Sequence record: MK268344.1
DNA: 64,000 bases
Direction: 5' to 3' (one strand)
The notes under the pieces were generated by a model that saw only the letters and a list, made by a program, of their open reading frames with translations, was not told the DNA's origin and ran no database searches. Made by a program: the position numbers and the translations under genes. Positions 56,014-64,000 of this stretch are shown one piece after another; position 1 is the stretch's first letter; each line of letters starts with the position of its first letter.

Positions 56014-56333
56014 TTTCAGTAATGTGTGTAATTTGTGCTACTATCGTAATTTGTACTTTTATTAAGTACCGCTGCATTTGGAAATGTCAGCAACAAGAAT
56101 ACAGATTATATCGTGAGAAAAACAAGAAATCACCGTTTGTTATTCGTCCACATTTATATAAGCATCCACATGATGCATCTAAACATTATTGGGGTTATGT
56201 AGTATTCAATACTGACACTGACCACCCATATACTGGCATTGATAAAAACAATACATCTTTTACTGTATATCGCGAAAAGGCCGATGCAGATAAGCGTCGT
56301 AAAGAATTGGATGAATTGTATGAATACAATTGA
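56010..56333 (+). CDS. Membrane-anchored hypothetical protein
   Basis: N-terminal hydrophobic helix. Confidence 0.65.
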   Translation: MISVMCVICATIVICTFIKYRCIWKCQQQEYRLYREKNKKSPFVIRPHLYKHPHDASKHYWGYVVFNTDTDHPYTGIDKNNTSFTVYREKADADKRRKELDELYEYN

Positions 56334-56685
56334 TTATAATGATGCCATAAAATTGATGGAGAAATTCATCAATACTTACAAAGTAAAAGGAAAATTAAAA
56401 GGGTATTCTTATTCATTCAGTTCACGTAAGATAGAATTACGAGACAATAGTACTTCTGAATCTGTTATTATATGCAACGATCGTCTGATATATGTCCAAT
56501 CAGTATCAAGATTCAGAACTACATCCTTTAAACGTTACTTATGTGAAGAAGAATGTTTTCAGGATTCTTGTATTGGTGAAGTCGGTTGTGATGAAAAGAT
56601 GGAGTTGCTTATCAAAGAATGTGTTGACGTGTACTACCAAAGTGTGATAAACTCGCTTAACATAGGTGGTTGGGTTGATGAGTGA
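56320..56685 (+). CDS. EEEYFQxST-motif paralogue
   Basis: CEEECFQDSCIGE. Confidence 0.65.
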   Translation: MNTIDYNDAIKLMEKFINTYKVKGKLKGYSYSFSSRKIELRDNSTSESVIICNDRLIYVQSVSRFRTTSFKRYLCEEECFQDSCIGEVGCDEKMELLIKECVDVYYQSVINSLNIGGWVDE

Positions 56686-57076
56686 AAATGTTGTTAATCG
56701 TAATAAACTATTAGAACGAGGTTTAATGTTGATAGTTGGTGCTACTATGTCATTAGAAGATACTGGTAGTACTGGTCAATACCTCGTGAAAATGGGTACA
56801 ATGAAGTTAGTACTATCTAGAAACTTTACAGAGGTTGCTATTTCAAAACACTATGTAACTATTAGATGGATGAGTGAAAGTATTGTATTAAGTCGGGCAA
56901 CATCAGAAGAAGATTATTTTCAGAAGATGTGTCTTGATGATTCGTATTGTGATGAAGAGTACGAAAAAGGTATTAAAGAATTTTTTGATTTATATATGAA
57001 ATCCTTGTATCGCAATTTTGCAATAGGGGGTTTCCTAGAAGGTGCTTATGCAGAAGATATCGAAAACGATCAGTAA
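56678..57076 (+). CDS. EEEYFQxST-motif paralogue
   Basis: SEEDYFQKMCLDD. Confidence 0.65.
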   Translation: MSENVVNRNKLLERGLMLIVGATMSLEDTGSTGQYLVKMGTMKLVLSRNFTEVAISKHYVTIRWMSESIVLSRATSEEDYFQKMCLDDSYCDEEYEKGIKEFFDLYMKSLYRNFAIGGFLEGAYAEDIENDQ

Positions 57077-57377
57077 GTATCTCGCTGGTTTGAGTAAGTT
57101 TAAACAAGGCGAAGAATACGAAAGTAACAACATAAAATATAGGATTATGTTTGATCCACAATCCTATGATCAAGTACTATTATTTTTCAGTAAAGAGAAT
57201 GGGCGAGAATCAATCCAATTTGCTTGTACTGAATTTGGTATTTACATTCGTGAAGAAGATAGTGATTCACCATCTCACTATTACTATCACACCCTTATGT
57301 ACACACGTGATTTTGGATTTACCCTTTACGATCTAGCCAATGTGTATCACATTTTCAAAGAAATGAAAAAATCTTGA
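57042..57377 (+). CDS. Hypothetical protein
   Basis: Overlapping ORF, start uncertain. Confidence 0.55.
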   Translation: MLMQKISKTISKYLAGLSKFKQGEEYESNNIKYRIMFDPQSYDQVLLFFSKENGRESIQFACTEFGIYIREEDSDSPSHYYYHTLMYTRDFGFTLYDLANVYHIFKEMKKS

Positions 57378-57404
57378 GACAAATCTTGGCTTTTGTGATA
57401 TAAT
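57373..57404 (+). promoter_or_regulatory. CTTGGGACAAA-class promoter (copy 10, variant)
   Basis: CTTGAGACAAA-N10-TGTGATATAAT. Confidence 0.75.
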
Positions 57405-57432
57405 AACGAGAGTCAATCAATGGAGATAAAAT

Positions 57433-58293
57433 ATGTTTACTAAATTTCACAATGTAAGTTTCATCACTTCAACTGTCACTGGTCTAGAGGTCGAAGGCAA
57501 TCATCTAGTGATTCACACAACTGGTAGTTCTTACGAAGTTCCTTTCAAGAGTGGGGCTGAAGCAAAATCTGGTCTAGATGAACTAACTGATATTCTAAAC
57601 AATAATAATATTAATACCAATAAAAAAGAAGAAACCGCATCCAAGACCGATGATATTCTAAATCTTGCACAGGAAGCCGTAGAATCGCTTCAAGGCGTTC
57701 TAGGAACCCTACGTAGTGCTGCTACTTCTAAAGTGGCTGACGTAGCGGTACAAAAGGTTTTAGACCGTATTGATGGTCGTCTATCTTCTGTACTAGATGC
57801 AAAAGATGATCTTATTGCCAAAGCTAAGAGCATCTTTGAACATGCGGAACCAGAAAATAAACCAAAAGCACAACCAAAAACTAAAGAAAAGTCAGTGGTA
57901 AAAGAACCTAAAAACAGCGATGTGCCAGTAGGTGATAACATTTTTGGTGATATTCTAAATGATATCTTCACTGGTACTTCTTGTGTGGATGTTTCACATG
58001 AGCATGGTGCTAAGAAAATCACAGTGGACGAATTCAAACAAGTATTTGGTACTGAGTCTGAACCACTAATCGGTGATCTAACTGATAAACAATTACGTGA
58101 GTTCATTTCTGAGTTTGTTGATGGTGCACTAGAGAATGAGCGTGTACAAGTGCTATTCAATAATATCAAAGAACAATTTGGCGTTGAAGAAGCAGAAAAA
58201 GCAATTGAAGGATATAAGAAACTAATTCATACATTCTGTAACCAAAATGTTGAGATGACACTATCTCAAGTAATTGCTCGTTACTTCTCCTAA
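57433..58293 (+). CDS. Hypothetical multi-domain protein
   Basis: GGAG RBS, host-like codon usage. Confidence 0.75.
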   Translation: MFTKFHNVSFITSTVTGLEVEGNHLVIHTTGSSYEVPFKSGAEAKSGLDELTDILNNNNINTNKKEETASKTDDILNLAQEAVESLQGVLGTLRSAATSKVADVAVQKVLDRIDGRLSSVLDAKDDLIAKAKSIFEHAEPENKPKAQPKTKEKSVVKEPKNSDVPVGDNIFGDILNDIFTGTSCVDVSHEHGAKKITVDEFKQVFGTESEPLIGDLTDKQLREFISEFVDGALENERVQVLFNNIKEQFGVEEAEKAIEGYKKLIHTFCNQNVEMTLSQVIARYFS

Positions 58294-58294
58294 T

Positions 58295-58326
58295 AAAAAA
58301 AGGCGGCCTTTCGGTCGCCTTTTTTT
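58295..58326. terminator. Bidirectional terminator between convergent genes
   Basis: A7-GGCGGCC-TTTC-GGTCGCC-T7. Confidence 0.85.
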
Positions 58327-58329
58327 GTT

Positions 58330-59457
58330 TTAGTCTTTACCAACTATTACAATTTTACCAGTTAATTCAATATTGCTATGTAGAATTATTTCTTCATCAC
58401 TTTCTAAATCTACTTCAAGCATAACTACTTTATTACCTTCGTACACAGTAAAGGAAATATTCTTCTTACCGTGTTCAGACGCTGCGATGTTCATCAAGAA
58501 TTTTTCACCTGATGCAGTCCACGCTAGAGGTGCTACGTATGGAGTTGTTTTGAGAGTTTTGCCAATAATTACAGCACGATATGGAGTATCATCGTATTTG
58601 GTTACTGTAATATTCCCATTCACTACTGATACGTCTGCATCATAAAGTACAAAATCAGTTTGATCTAATGATTGAAGTTGGATTACAATATCATTACCAC
58701 GTCCATGAACAGAAGCAGGTATGGTTGATACGAATACATTACCAGATTGTTGTTGTTCTGAACTTGGAATTGAAATTGACGTAACATAATCTGAGTCTTG
58801 GTCATCCATGATAATTGGAACTGTTACTGACTTGTCATTATAGTTTGGCGATGTTACTTTAATAGTAACAGTACCCGGCCCTACTATTGGGGTAACAGTG
58901 TCGATAACGAATGAACCATCTGGATTTACAATACCGGTTACTTCCCTACCATCTGGTAGTGTTGCTGTTATTACCATACCATTAGTGTTTACTGTTCCAC
59001 TAGGAACTGTTATCACACCGGTAATACTGGTATCACCATTTTTAATTGGATTTGCTATGATATTAGAAATATCAATGGGTGGAATTCCACATTCAGGAAT
59101 GTACATATCATAAAGTACTTTCCCGTTACTTAGAATCTTTTTATTAGTTAAGAATCTGATTACAAAACCTTCAATGGTATGTTGCGGGTTATAGCCACGC
59201 ACAAAGAAAGTATTTCTTGGAATCATATTAACTAATTGTGAATCGGATAACGAATAATCTAAAAATACGCCTGTTAGTAATAGCTTTTGGTATACAATTT
59301 CAGTACTTGGATCAATTAAGTCAAACATTACATCTGAACGTTGTTTGTAGATGCGAAGGTTTGTAGTCTTAGTGTGATCGTGGAAGTGTACACCGTTAGC
59401 AATATACCCACAGACACCGTAAGGATATTCATTAATTCCAGCTATCGGTCTTGCCAT
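58330..59457 (-). CDS. Ig-like domain protein, probably virion-associated
   Basis: Only credible minus-strand gene; AAGGGGG RBS; ITGVITVP...ATLPDG..TGIVNPDGSFVI Ig-like pattern. Confidence 0.7.
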   Translation of the reverse strand: MARPIAGINEYPYGVCGYIANGVHFHDHTKTTNLRIYKQRSDVMFDLIDPSTEIVYQKLLLTGVFLDYSLSDSQLVNMIPRNTFFVRGYNPQHTIEGFVIRFLTNKKILSNGKVLYDMYIPECGIPPIDISNIIANPIKNGDTSITGVITVPSGTVNTNGMVITATLPDGREVTGIVNPDGSFVIDTVTPIVGPGTVTIKVTSPNYNDKSVTVPIIMDDQDSDYVTSISIPSSEQQQSGNVFVSTIPASVHGRGNDIVIQLQSLDQTDFVLYDADVSVVNGNITVTKYDDTPYRAVIIGKTLKTTPYVAPLAWTASGEKFLMNIAASEHGKKNISFTVYEGNKVVMLEVDLESDEEIILHSNIELTGKIVIVGKD

Positions 59458-59511
59458 TTTTCCCCCTTAAACATGAGTGTTATATCAATATTTACCTCAA
59501 AGAATAAAAAA

Positions 59512-59540
59512 TTGACACCATACATGATTTACAGTATAAT
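59512..59540 (+). promoter_or_regulatory. Sigma70 consensus promoter
   Basis: TTGACA-N17-TATAAT. Confidence 0.8.
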
Positions 59541-59596
59541 ATGTTTTGTTGATTGGGAGACCGATTGATCTCAAATTTATAAATTCAGGAGTTGTT

Positions 59597-60169
59597 ATGA
59601 GTCGTTTAATTATTAAGAATAACAAGATGACAGTTCGCTTGCACAATGATGAGGCTGATTCGTTCATGGCTAAAGCTATTGCGAAATCAGAAAAATTCGA
59701 ACGCATTGCATCAGCAGCGAAATCACCTTATGGTTTCAATCATCCACACGCTCATTTCGTTGGGATGGTTGCAGAACACGCTTCATGGATTCTGTTTAAT
59801 AGTATTGAAGAACTAACCGGGAATGACCTGAAAATTGATCCTGCATATCGCGATGAGAACCGTGAGGCTGAATGTGACCTGTACGTTAACGGATTACGTA
59901 TTGAAGTTAAAGGTATTAAGTATGGGTCGTGGCTAAACTTCGGGCCGTGTATTAGCTCTCGTCAATTGAAAAAAATTGAGAAAAAAGCTGACATTGTTTT
60001 GTGGGCGTTGTATAATGAACGTCGTCAGGAATTTTCATTCGAAGGATTTAACTACGTTAAAGATATTCGTTCGATTCCTACTGTAGTTACTGGTGCTGTG
60101 GGACGCCCACAAATCGAAAACCATCCAGTACTGGATATTCTTAAACCACTTCAGGAGCTTGCACTATGA
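59597..60169 (+). CDS. PD-(D/E)XK nuclease-like protein
   Basis: VGMVAE, ECDL...IEVKG; start moved to the ATG after AGGAG. Confidence 0.65.
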   Translation: MSRLIIKNNKMTVRLHNDEADSFMAKAIAKSEKFERIASAAKSPYGFNHPHAHFVGMVAEHASWILFNSIEELTGNDLKIDPAYRDENREAECDLYVNGLRIEVKGIKYGSWLNFGPCISSRQLKKIEKKADIVLWALYNERRQEFSFEGFNYVKDIRSIPTVVTGAVGRPQIENHPVLDILKPLQELAL

Positions 60170-60375
60170 AAGCATGGGTATATGTTGATGGATATGCAAA
60201 AGTAGAAGCTGATTTCCCAGAACTCCCACGTATGGGAGATGAAATCTCTATTAAAAGCATGCCCGACTCATTTGGAACTAAGTACATTGTTGATTATGTA
60301 CAGCATGAAATTCGCCACGGCGATCTAACAACTAAAGTAACTATTAATATCTACACAAAGGAGGTTCCACTATGA
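60166..60375 (+). CDS. Hypothetical protein
   Basis: AGGAG RBS; LPRMGDEI. Confidence 0.65.
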   Translation: MKAWVYVDGYAKVEADFPELPRMGDEISIKSMPDSFGTKYIVDYVQHEIRHGDLTTKVTINIYTKEVPL

Positions 60376-60845
60376 TTCTCTCGTGTATTGCAATTTTAAT
60401 TCTATTCTGTGTGATTCTTTCTTGGACTGATTTACACTCACATGTAGGGTATGCTTTCTATGTAGCAAAGAATGAAGGATGGCATCTATTTCCAATTGTT
60501 TGGTTTCAATCATTCTTTCTACCTACAGCATTTTTACGTAGTGGTAAGTCTGCTTTTGATTATACTGAATTGTCCAAATTGGAACGTACACTAAGGGCGT
60601 ACTTTAGTAACGAGGAAGGAATCGAAGCAGAATGGGAATCACGGCGTGGACGGTATTTTGAAATCAGTCGTAAGGGATTTAAAGGAATTCGTTTCCATAT
60701 ACCAAAAGATGATAGTGTTTCAATCAATGGTTATGATCGCTTAGTTCCACCACGCCTAGCATTTTTGATGCTAGCATGTGCTAAACAGATTGTAAACGAA
60801 CATAAAAAGAAAAAAAATACGAGTGAAAAACCACTTTTCTGTTGA
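60372..60845 (+). CDS. Membrane protein
   Basis: N-terminal TM helices. Confidence 0.65.
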   Translation: MILSCIAILILFCVILSWTDLHSHVGYAFYVAKNEGWHLFPIVWFQSFFLPTAFLRSGKSAFDYTELSKLERTLRAYFSNEEGIEAEWESRRGRYFEISRKGFKGIRFHIPKDDSVSINGYDRLVPPRLAFLMLACAKQIVNEHKKKKNTSEKPLFC

Positions 60846-60870
60846 CAGATTGGTAATACCTAGATATAAT
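60842..60870 (+). promoter_or_regulatory. Sigma70 consensus promoter
   Basis: TTGACA-N17-TATAAT. Confidence 0.8.
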
Positions 60871-60898
60871 ACTTTCACTAACTAAGGAGATAATTTGT

Positions 60899-61381
60899 AT
60901 GAATATCGTAGCAACTAAACTCTCAAGTTCAATGAGTAAACGTCAAGGTTATCTTTCAATCTCTGATGCAATGGAACCAAATCTAAAAAGCTATACATTC
61001 AGCCATTGCCTTAAACTCAAAAAAGATGCACTCGGATTTACAAAATGGGTTCTATATTGGGATGATACCGATTTCGTAGTAGTATTCACTGTTATTACCA
61101 CTGTTCTCAGTACTGGTTATATCAAAGCAACTATCATTGATCGTGAATTGACTGATGTGCAAACTGTTGGTGCTTACACTGGTAAAAACTCATTCACTGA
61201 AGTTCATCTTGTACAAGGAAAATATCTAAGTACAAAAGATCGTGCTAACGCCATAAGTACTGCTCTCAGTACCCATGATTTTCGTGAGCATAACACTTCA
61301 ACCAAAGAAGATCCTAAAAAACTACAAGCACAAATTGACGCTATTGCTGAATCTTGGGGAATTAAACCCAAAAAATCATAA
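60899..61381 (+). CDS. Hypothetical protein
   Basis: AAGGAG RBS. Confidence 0.7.
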   Translation: MNIVATKLSSSMSKRQGYLSISDAMEPNLKSYTFSHCLKLKKDALGFTKWVLYWDDTDFVVVFTVITTVLSTGYIKATIIDRELTDVQTVGAYTGKNSFTEVHLVQGKYLSTKDRANAISTALSTHDFREHNTSTKEDPKKLQAQIDAIAESWGIKPKKS

Positions 61382-61425
61382 CCAGTTCAGGCCACTCAGT
61401 GGCCTTCTTTAAGGAGTTGATAAAA

Positions 61426-61869
61426 ATGATTACTTCAAAATTTTTCAAATATTATGTAGCATTTTATTTTTGTCTTGCATATTTGTTTGTAGGGTATTAT
61501 ACTAATATCATTACATGGGAAACTCCGTCGCATTTACGGTTTCTTATGAATATTATTCTAGCTCTTGGATCATGTTTCTTTGGTGCAATGATTTTATCTT
61601 ACATGGCAGAAGATATGATGGCTGCTAAAGATTCATTCAGTATTTTTGGAAAGAAAAAACTATTTCGTATTTGGCAATATTTAGCAGCACCAATTTTAAT
61701 TTGGGGAATTTATAAATGGGAATATTTCGGAATTGTTATTCCATCATTCTTGATGTACATGGGTATGAAAGCACTAATCACTAATCATAATAAACACGTT
61801 GAAGTATTCAACGAAGAAGAACTTAAACGTAGAGCACGTCAAGAACAAGCGGAGAAGGTGACATTATGA
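61426..61869 (+). CDS. Polytopic membrane protein
   Basis: About 4 TM helices; AAGGAG RBS. Confidence 0.7.
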   Translation: MITSKFFKYYVAFYFCLAYLFVGYYTNIITWETPSHLRFLMNIILALGSCFFGAMILSYMAEDMMAAKDSFSIFGKKKLFRIWQYLAAPILIWGIYKWEYFGIVIPSFLMYMGMKALITNHNKHVEVFNEEELKRRARQEQAEKVTL

Positions 61870-62279
61870 TCAAAGGTCTTTATATTTTCTTTTCTGTACT
61901 GATCGGTATTAAAGTACTAGAAGGTATTCCATTTTTAGATGTATTATCAGGTTCGTGGCATACGCTAAGTACTGTTGCATTACGTTCTTTTATGTTTTTA
62001 GCACTTTTTCTGGTTGCTTTTAACACTGCTGCGTTTATGGAAGAAAAAGATAATCATGACAGTTCTTTTGTGCAATTTTACCTACGTCAGTTCATTGGTC
62101 TTAAATTATTACCATTGTGGCCTTTGTACTTTTGGTTTGGGGCAGCAGCATTTCAAGTACAAGTGAATAATATCATCGATGCAGTAGCAATTTTCATTAT
62201 TACTTTACTAGCAACAAGCGTTGTTCTTGTCCAGAATGGCTTGTATAAGCGGTTCCTAATGGAAGAAGTAAAAAAGTAA
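61866..62279 (+). CDS. Polytopic membrane protein
   Basis: About 4 TM helices; ATGA coupling. Confidence 0.7.
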   Translation: MIKGLYIFFSVLIGIKVLEGIPFLDVLSGSWHTLSTVALRSFMFLALFLVAFNTAAFMEEKDNHDSSFVQFYLRQFIGLKLLPLWPLYFWFGAAAFQVQVNNIIDAVAIFIITLLATSVVLVQNGLYKRFLMEEVKK

Positions 62280-62288
62280 ACATAATCA

Positions 62289-62317
62289 TTGACCGCCTAG
62301 GCGGTCATTGTTATAAT
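62289..62317 (+). promoter_or_regulatory. Sigma70-type promoter overlapping an 18-bp palindrome
   Basis: TTGACC-N17-TATAAT; TGACCGCCTAGGCGGTCA. Confidence 0.7.
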
Positions 62318-62347
62318 ATATGCATACAAACAAACGAGGAAATAAGA

Positions 62348-62770
62348 ATGTCTTGGAAACATGTTGACCGTGCTGAACTGAACCAATTTGATATCTTTGC
62401 TTTTGTAAATCTCAAACAAAATGTAGTGATGAAAGGTCGTGTTTTCACAGGTTCCGATTTAGTTACTAAAGTGCTAGTAATGGATAGTGAAGGTGAAATT
62501 CAAGGCGTACTCGATCTCCCTGATTGGGCATATTACAGTACTGAAGATGCCATGCTTAAAGCATTCTATGAAGAAGTCGGAGCACTTCCGGGGGGTGACT
62601 TCAAGAATAAAGTATGGAACATGACGCATAATAATTATCGCATGGAACAACTTTCGGCAATGATTCAGCGTCTTACTGACATTGCATTTGAAACGCCAGA
62701 AGCAATCATTTTAAAATACGTTCCCGATTTGACCATTACTGATTCAATGCTTGAGCAATTCAAGTTCTAA
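62348..62770 (+). CDS. Hypothetical protein
   Basis: GAGG RBS. Confidence 0.7.
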   Translation: MSWKHVDRAELNQFDIFAFVNLKQNVVMKGRVFTGSDLVTKVLVMDSEGEIQGVLDLPDWAYYSTEDAMLKAFYEEVGALPGGDFKNKVWNMTHNNYRMEQLSAMIQRLTDIAFETPEAIILKYVPDLTITDSMLEQFKF

Positions 62771-62783
62771 TAGAAAAAAGCAG

Positions 62784-62812
62784 TTGACGTTTAATACGTT
62801 GGCTGCTATAAT
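62784..62812 (+). promoter_or_regulatory. Sigma70-type promoter
   Basis: TTGACG-N17-TATAAT. Confidence 0.75.
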
Positions 62813-62839
62813 TTCTGTACTTAATCAAAGGAGAATATC

Positions 62840-63196
62840 ATGAGACATCGTTTCGCATTCATTCGCAACCGTACTGAATATCTAATGAATAAAGGTATGG
62901 ATGAAGATACTGCTTCCAAGCAAGCAAATCTTGATTTCCGTAGTATGACTTCGTTGGCGGCTGAATGTGTAATGACTTGTGCTGATGAAGAACTTCCCGG
63001 TAAAGGTAATACTCGTTGTAATCGTACAGCTTGTCAAAGTGATAAGCATGTGTTATTTTATAATTTCGTTATGGGAAAGAATTATTGCGTCAATTGTGCA
63101 ACTGATATTCGTTTCTGTAACAATCTTAAAGAATTAGATTTATACCCTGAGTACAATAAATCTTTGGATAAACTGTTAGAGGACAATGCAAAATGA
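62840..63196 (+). CDS. Hypothetical Zn-binding protein
   Basis: CNRTACQ...YCVNCA motif. Confidence 0.7.
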   Translation: MRHRFAFIRNRTEYLMNKGMDEDTASKQANLDFRSMTSLAAECVMTCADEELPGKGNTRCNRTACQSDKHVLFYNFVMGKNYCVNCATDIRFCNNLKELDLYPEYNKSLDKLLEDNAK

Positions 63197-63441
63197 GTCA
63201 AGCTGAAATCACCGCAAACATTATCATCACTGAACAGCAACACATTGAAGAACTCCGTATGCACATCAAAGACCTGTACCAGCAAGTTTCTGATGGTCTA
63301 ATGGCAAGTGGTAATGTAGTTACTAAGGATATTGAAAATCTTTACAAAGAGATCGATGCATCCTTTAATAAAAAAAGTAAGTACGAACAGAACGTACTAG
63401 CACTTAAACGTCAAATCTTTAAAGAATTGGGAGTACTGTAA
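63193..63441 (+). CDS. Coiled-coil hypothetical protein
   Basis: GAGG RBS, ATGA coupling. Confidence 0.65.
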   Translation: MSQAEITANIIITEQQHIEELRMHIKDLYQQVSDGLMASGNVVTKDIENLYKEIDASFNKKSKYEQNVLALKRQIFKELGVL

Positions 63442-63732
63442 ATGTTCAAGAGCTTTGCCCCTTGGGATAAAAAACCAGAAGAAAATGGTGCGTACATAGT
63501 CGTGGTCTATTCTCGTGATGGTGTACCAGTGATGCGTATTGCATTTTATGATGTTGAGTCAAATACGTGGACACAACAGCATATTGAAGAATATGGATAT
63601 GCCACTACTTCCAAACTTAACGACAACATTATTTCTTATTATAAGAAAATTGATGGTGTTTCTTTTGAGGTAATCCCTGAATCCTATAATATCAAAATGG
63701 ATGGGGTTAAACTTAACGAAGATGACGAATGA
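63442..63732 (+). CDS. DUF551-like small protein
   Basis: KKPEENGAYIVVV...IAFYD...W. Confidence 0.55.
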   Translation: MFKSFAPWDKKPEENGAYIVVVYSRDGVPVMRIAFYDVESNTWTQQHIEEYGYATTSKLNDNIISYYKKIDGVSFEVIPESYNIKMDGVKLNEDDE

Positions 63733-64000
63733 CAACAATCTACGTTAACCACAAATTGGGTGTCGTGATGACCGACACCCGTACTACAACTACATTACAA
63801 GAAACATTTCTCGGTATCCCAATAGCAACGTATGATACATTCAATGATGATGGTGTAAAAGCTATTAATGTACATGATCGTATCTTTGTTGAAAGTGGTT
63901 CATGTGAAGAGAGTACAAAAATTCTTCAGTACTTAGCACATGGAACGCCTATTAAACCTGCACCAAAAAAGTATAAACTTCTAAGTAATTGTTTCCTCGT
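63729..64000 (+). CDS. Ntn-hydrolase (HslV/proteasome beta-like) protein, 3'-truncated
   Basis: MTTIYV...VMTDTRTT with N-terminal Thr nucleophile; runs off the window end. Confidence 0.6.
   Translation, partial: MTTIYVNHKLGVVMTDTRTTTTLQETFLGIPIATYDTFNDDGVKAINVHDRIFVESGSCEESTKILQYLAHGTPIKPAPKKYKLLSNCFL

Noticed and set aside
62290-62307. Perfect 18-bp palindrome as an operator
   Set aside because: Single copy right after a stop codon; more simply a terminator hairpin overlapping a promoter.

Overview
AT-rich segment of a large lytic myovirus. The gene mix and style suggest a jumbo phage of Enterobacterales (RaK2/GAP32/121Q-like); this is inference, not a database match. Almost everything is on the + strand. 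The first ~7 kb holds conserved genes: a 5'-truncated virion protein, a stand-alone DnaE palm fragment, GroES, a clamp loader and a HAD nucleotidase. The rest is accessory. It has about 120 short ORFs, including at least 22 paralogues sharing a C-terminal EEEYFQxST(V/I)xD motif. Recognisable counter-defence or host-manipulation genes are Acb2, a NADAR, an ADP-ribosylglycohydrolase, an ART-like protein, an orphan HicA, PTH2, TelA, SPFH, a BCS1-like AAA+ and a collagen-repeat trimeric autotransporter; there are also two HNH endonucleases. Twelve dispersed tRNA genes are present, several structurally odd. The most striking unexplained signal is non-coding: seven closed-stem CAGCAA-motif RNAs next to tRNA genes (four resemble armless tRNA mimics), tRNA-like RNAs with stop-codon-reading loops, a 351-nt structured RNA between the NADAR and ARH genes, and two more structured RNAs near 46 kb. 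Many small-RNA units sit behind a 10-copy promoter class CTTGGGACAAA-N10-TGTGATATAAT. All family calls and RNA folds were made by eye; nothing was run.
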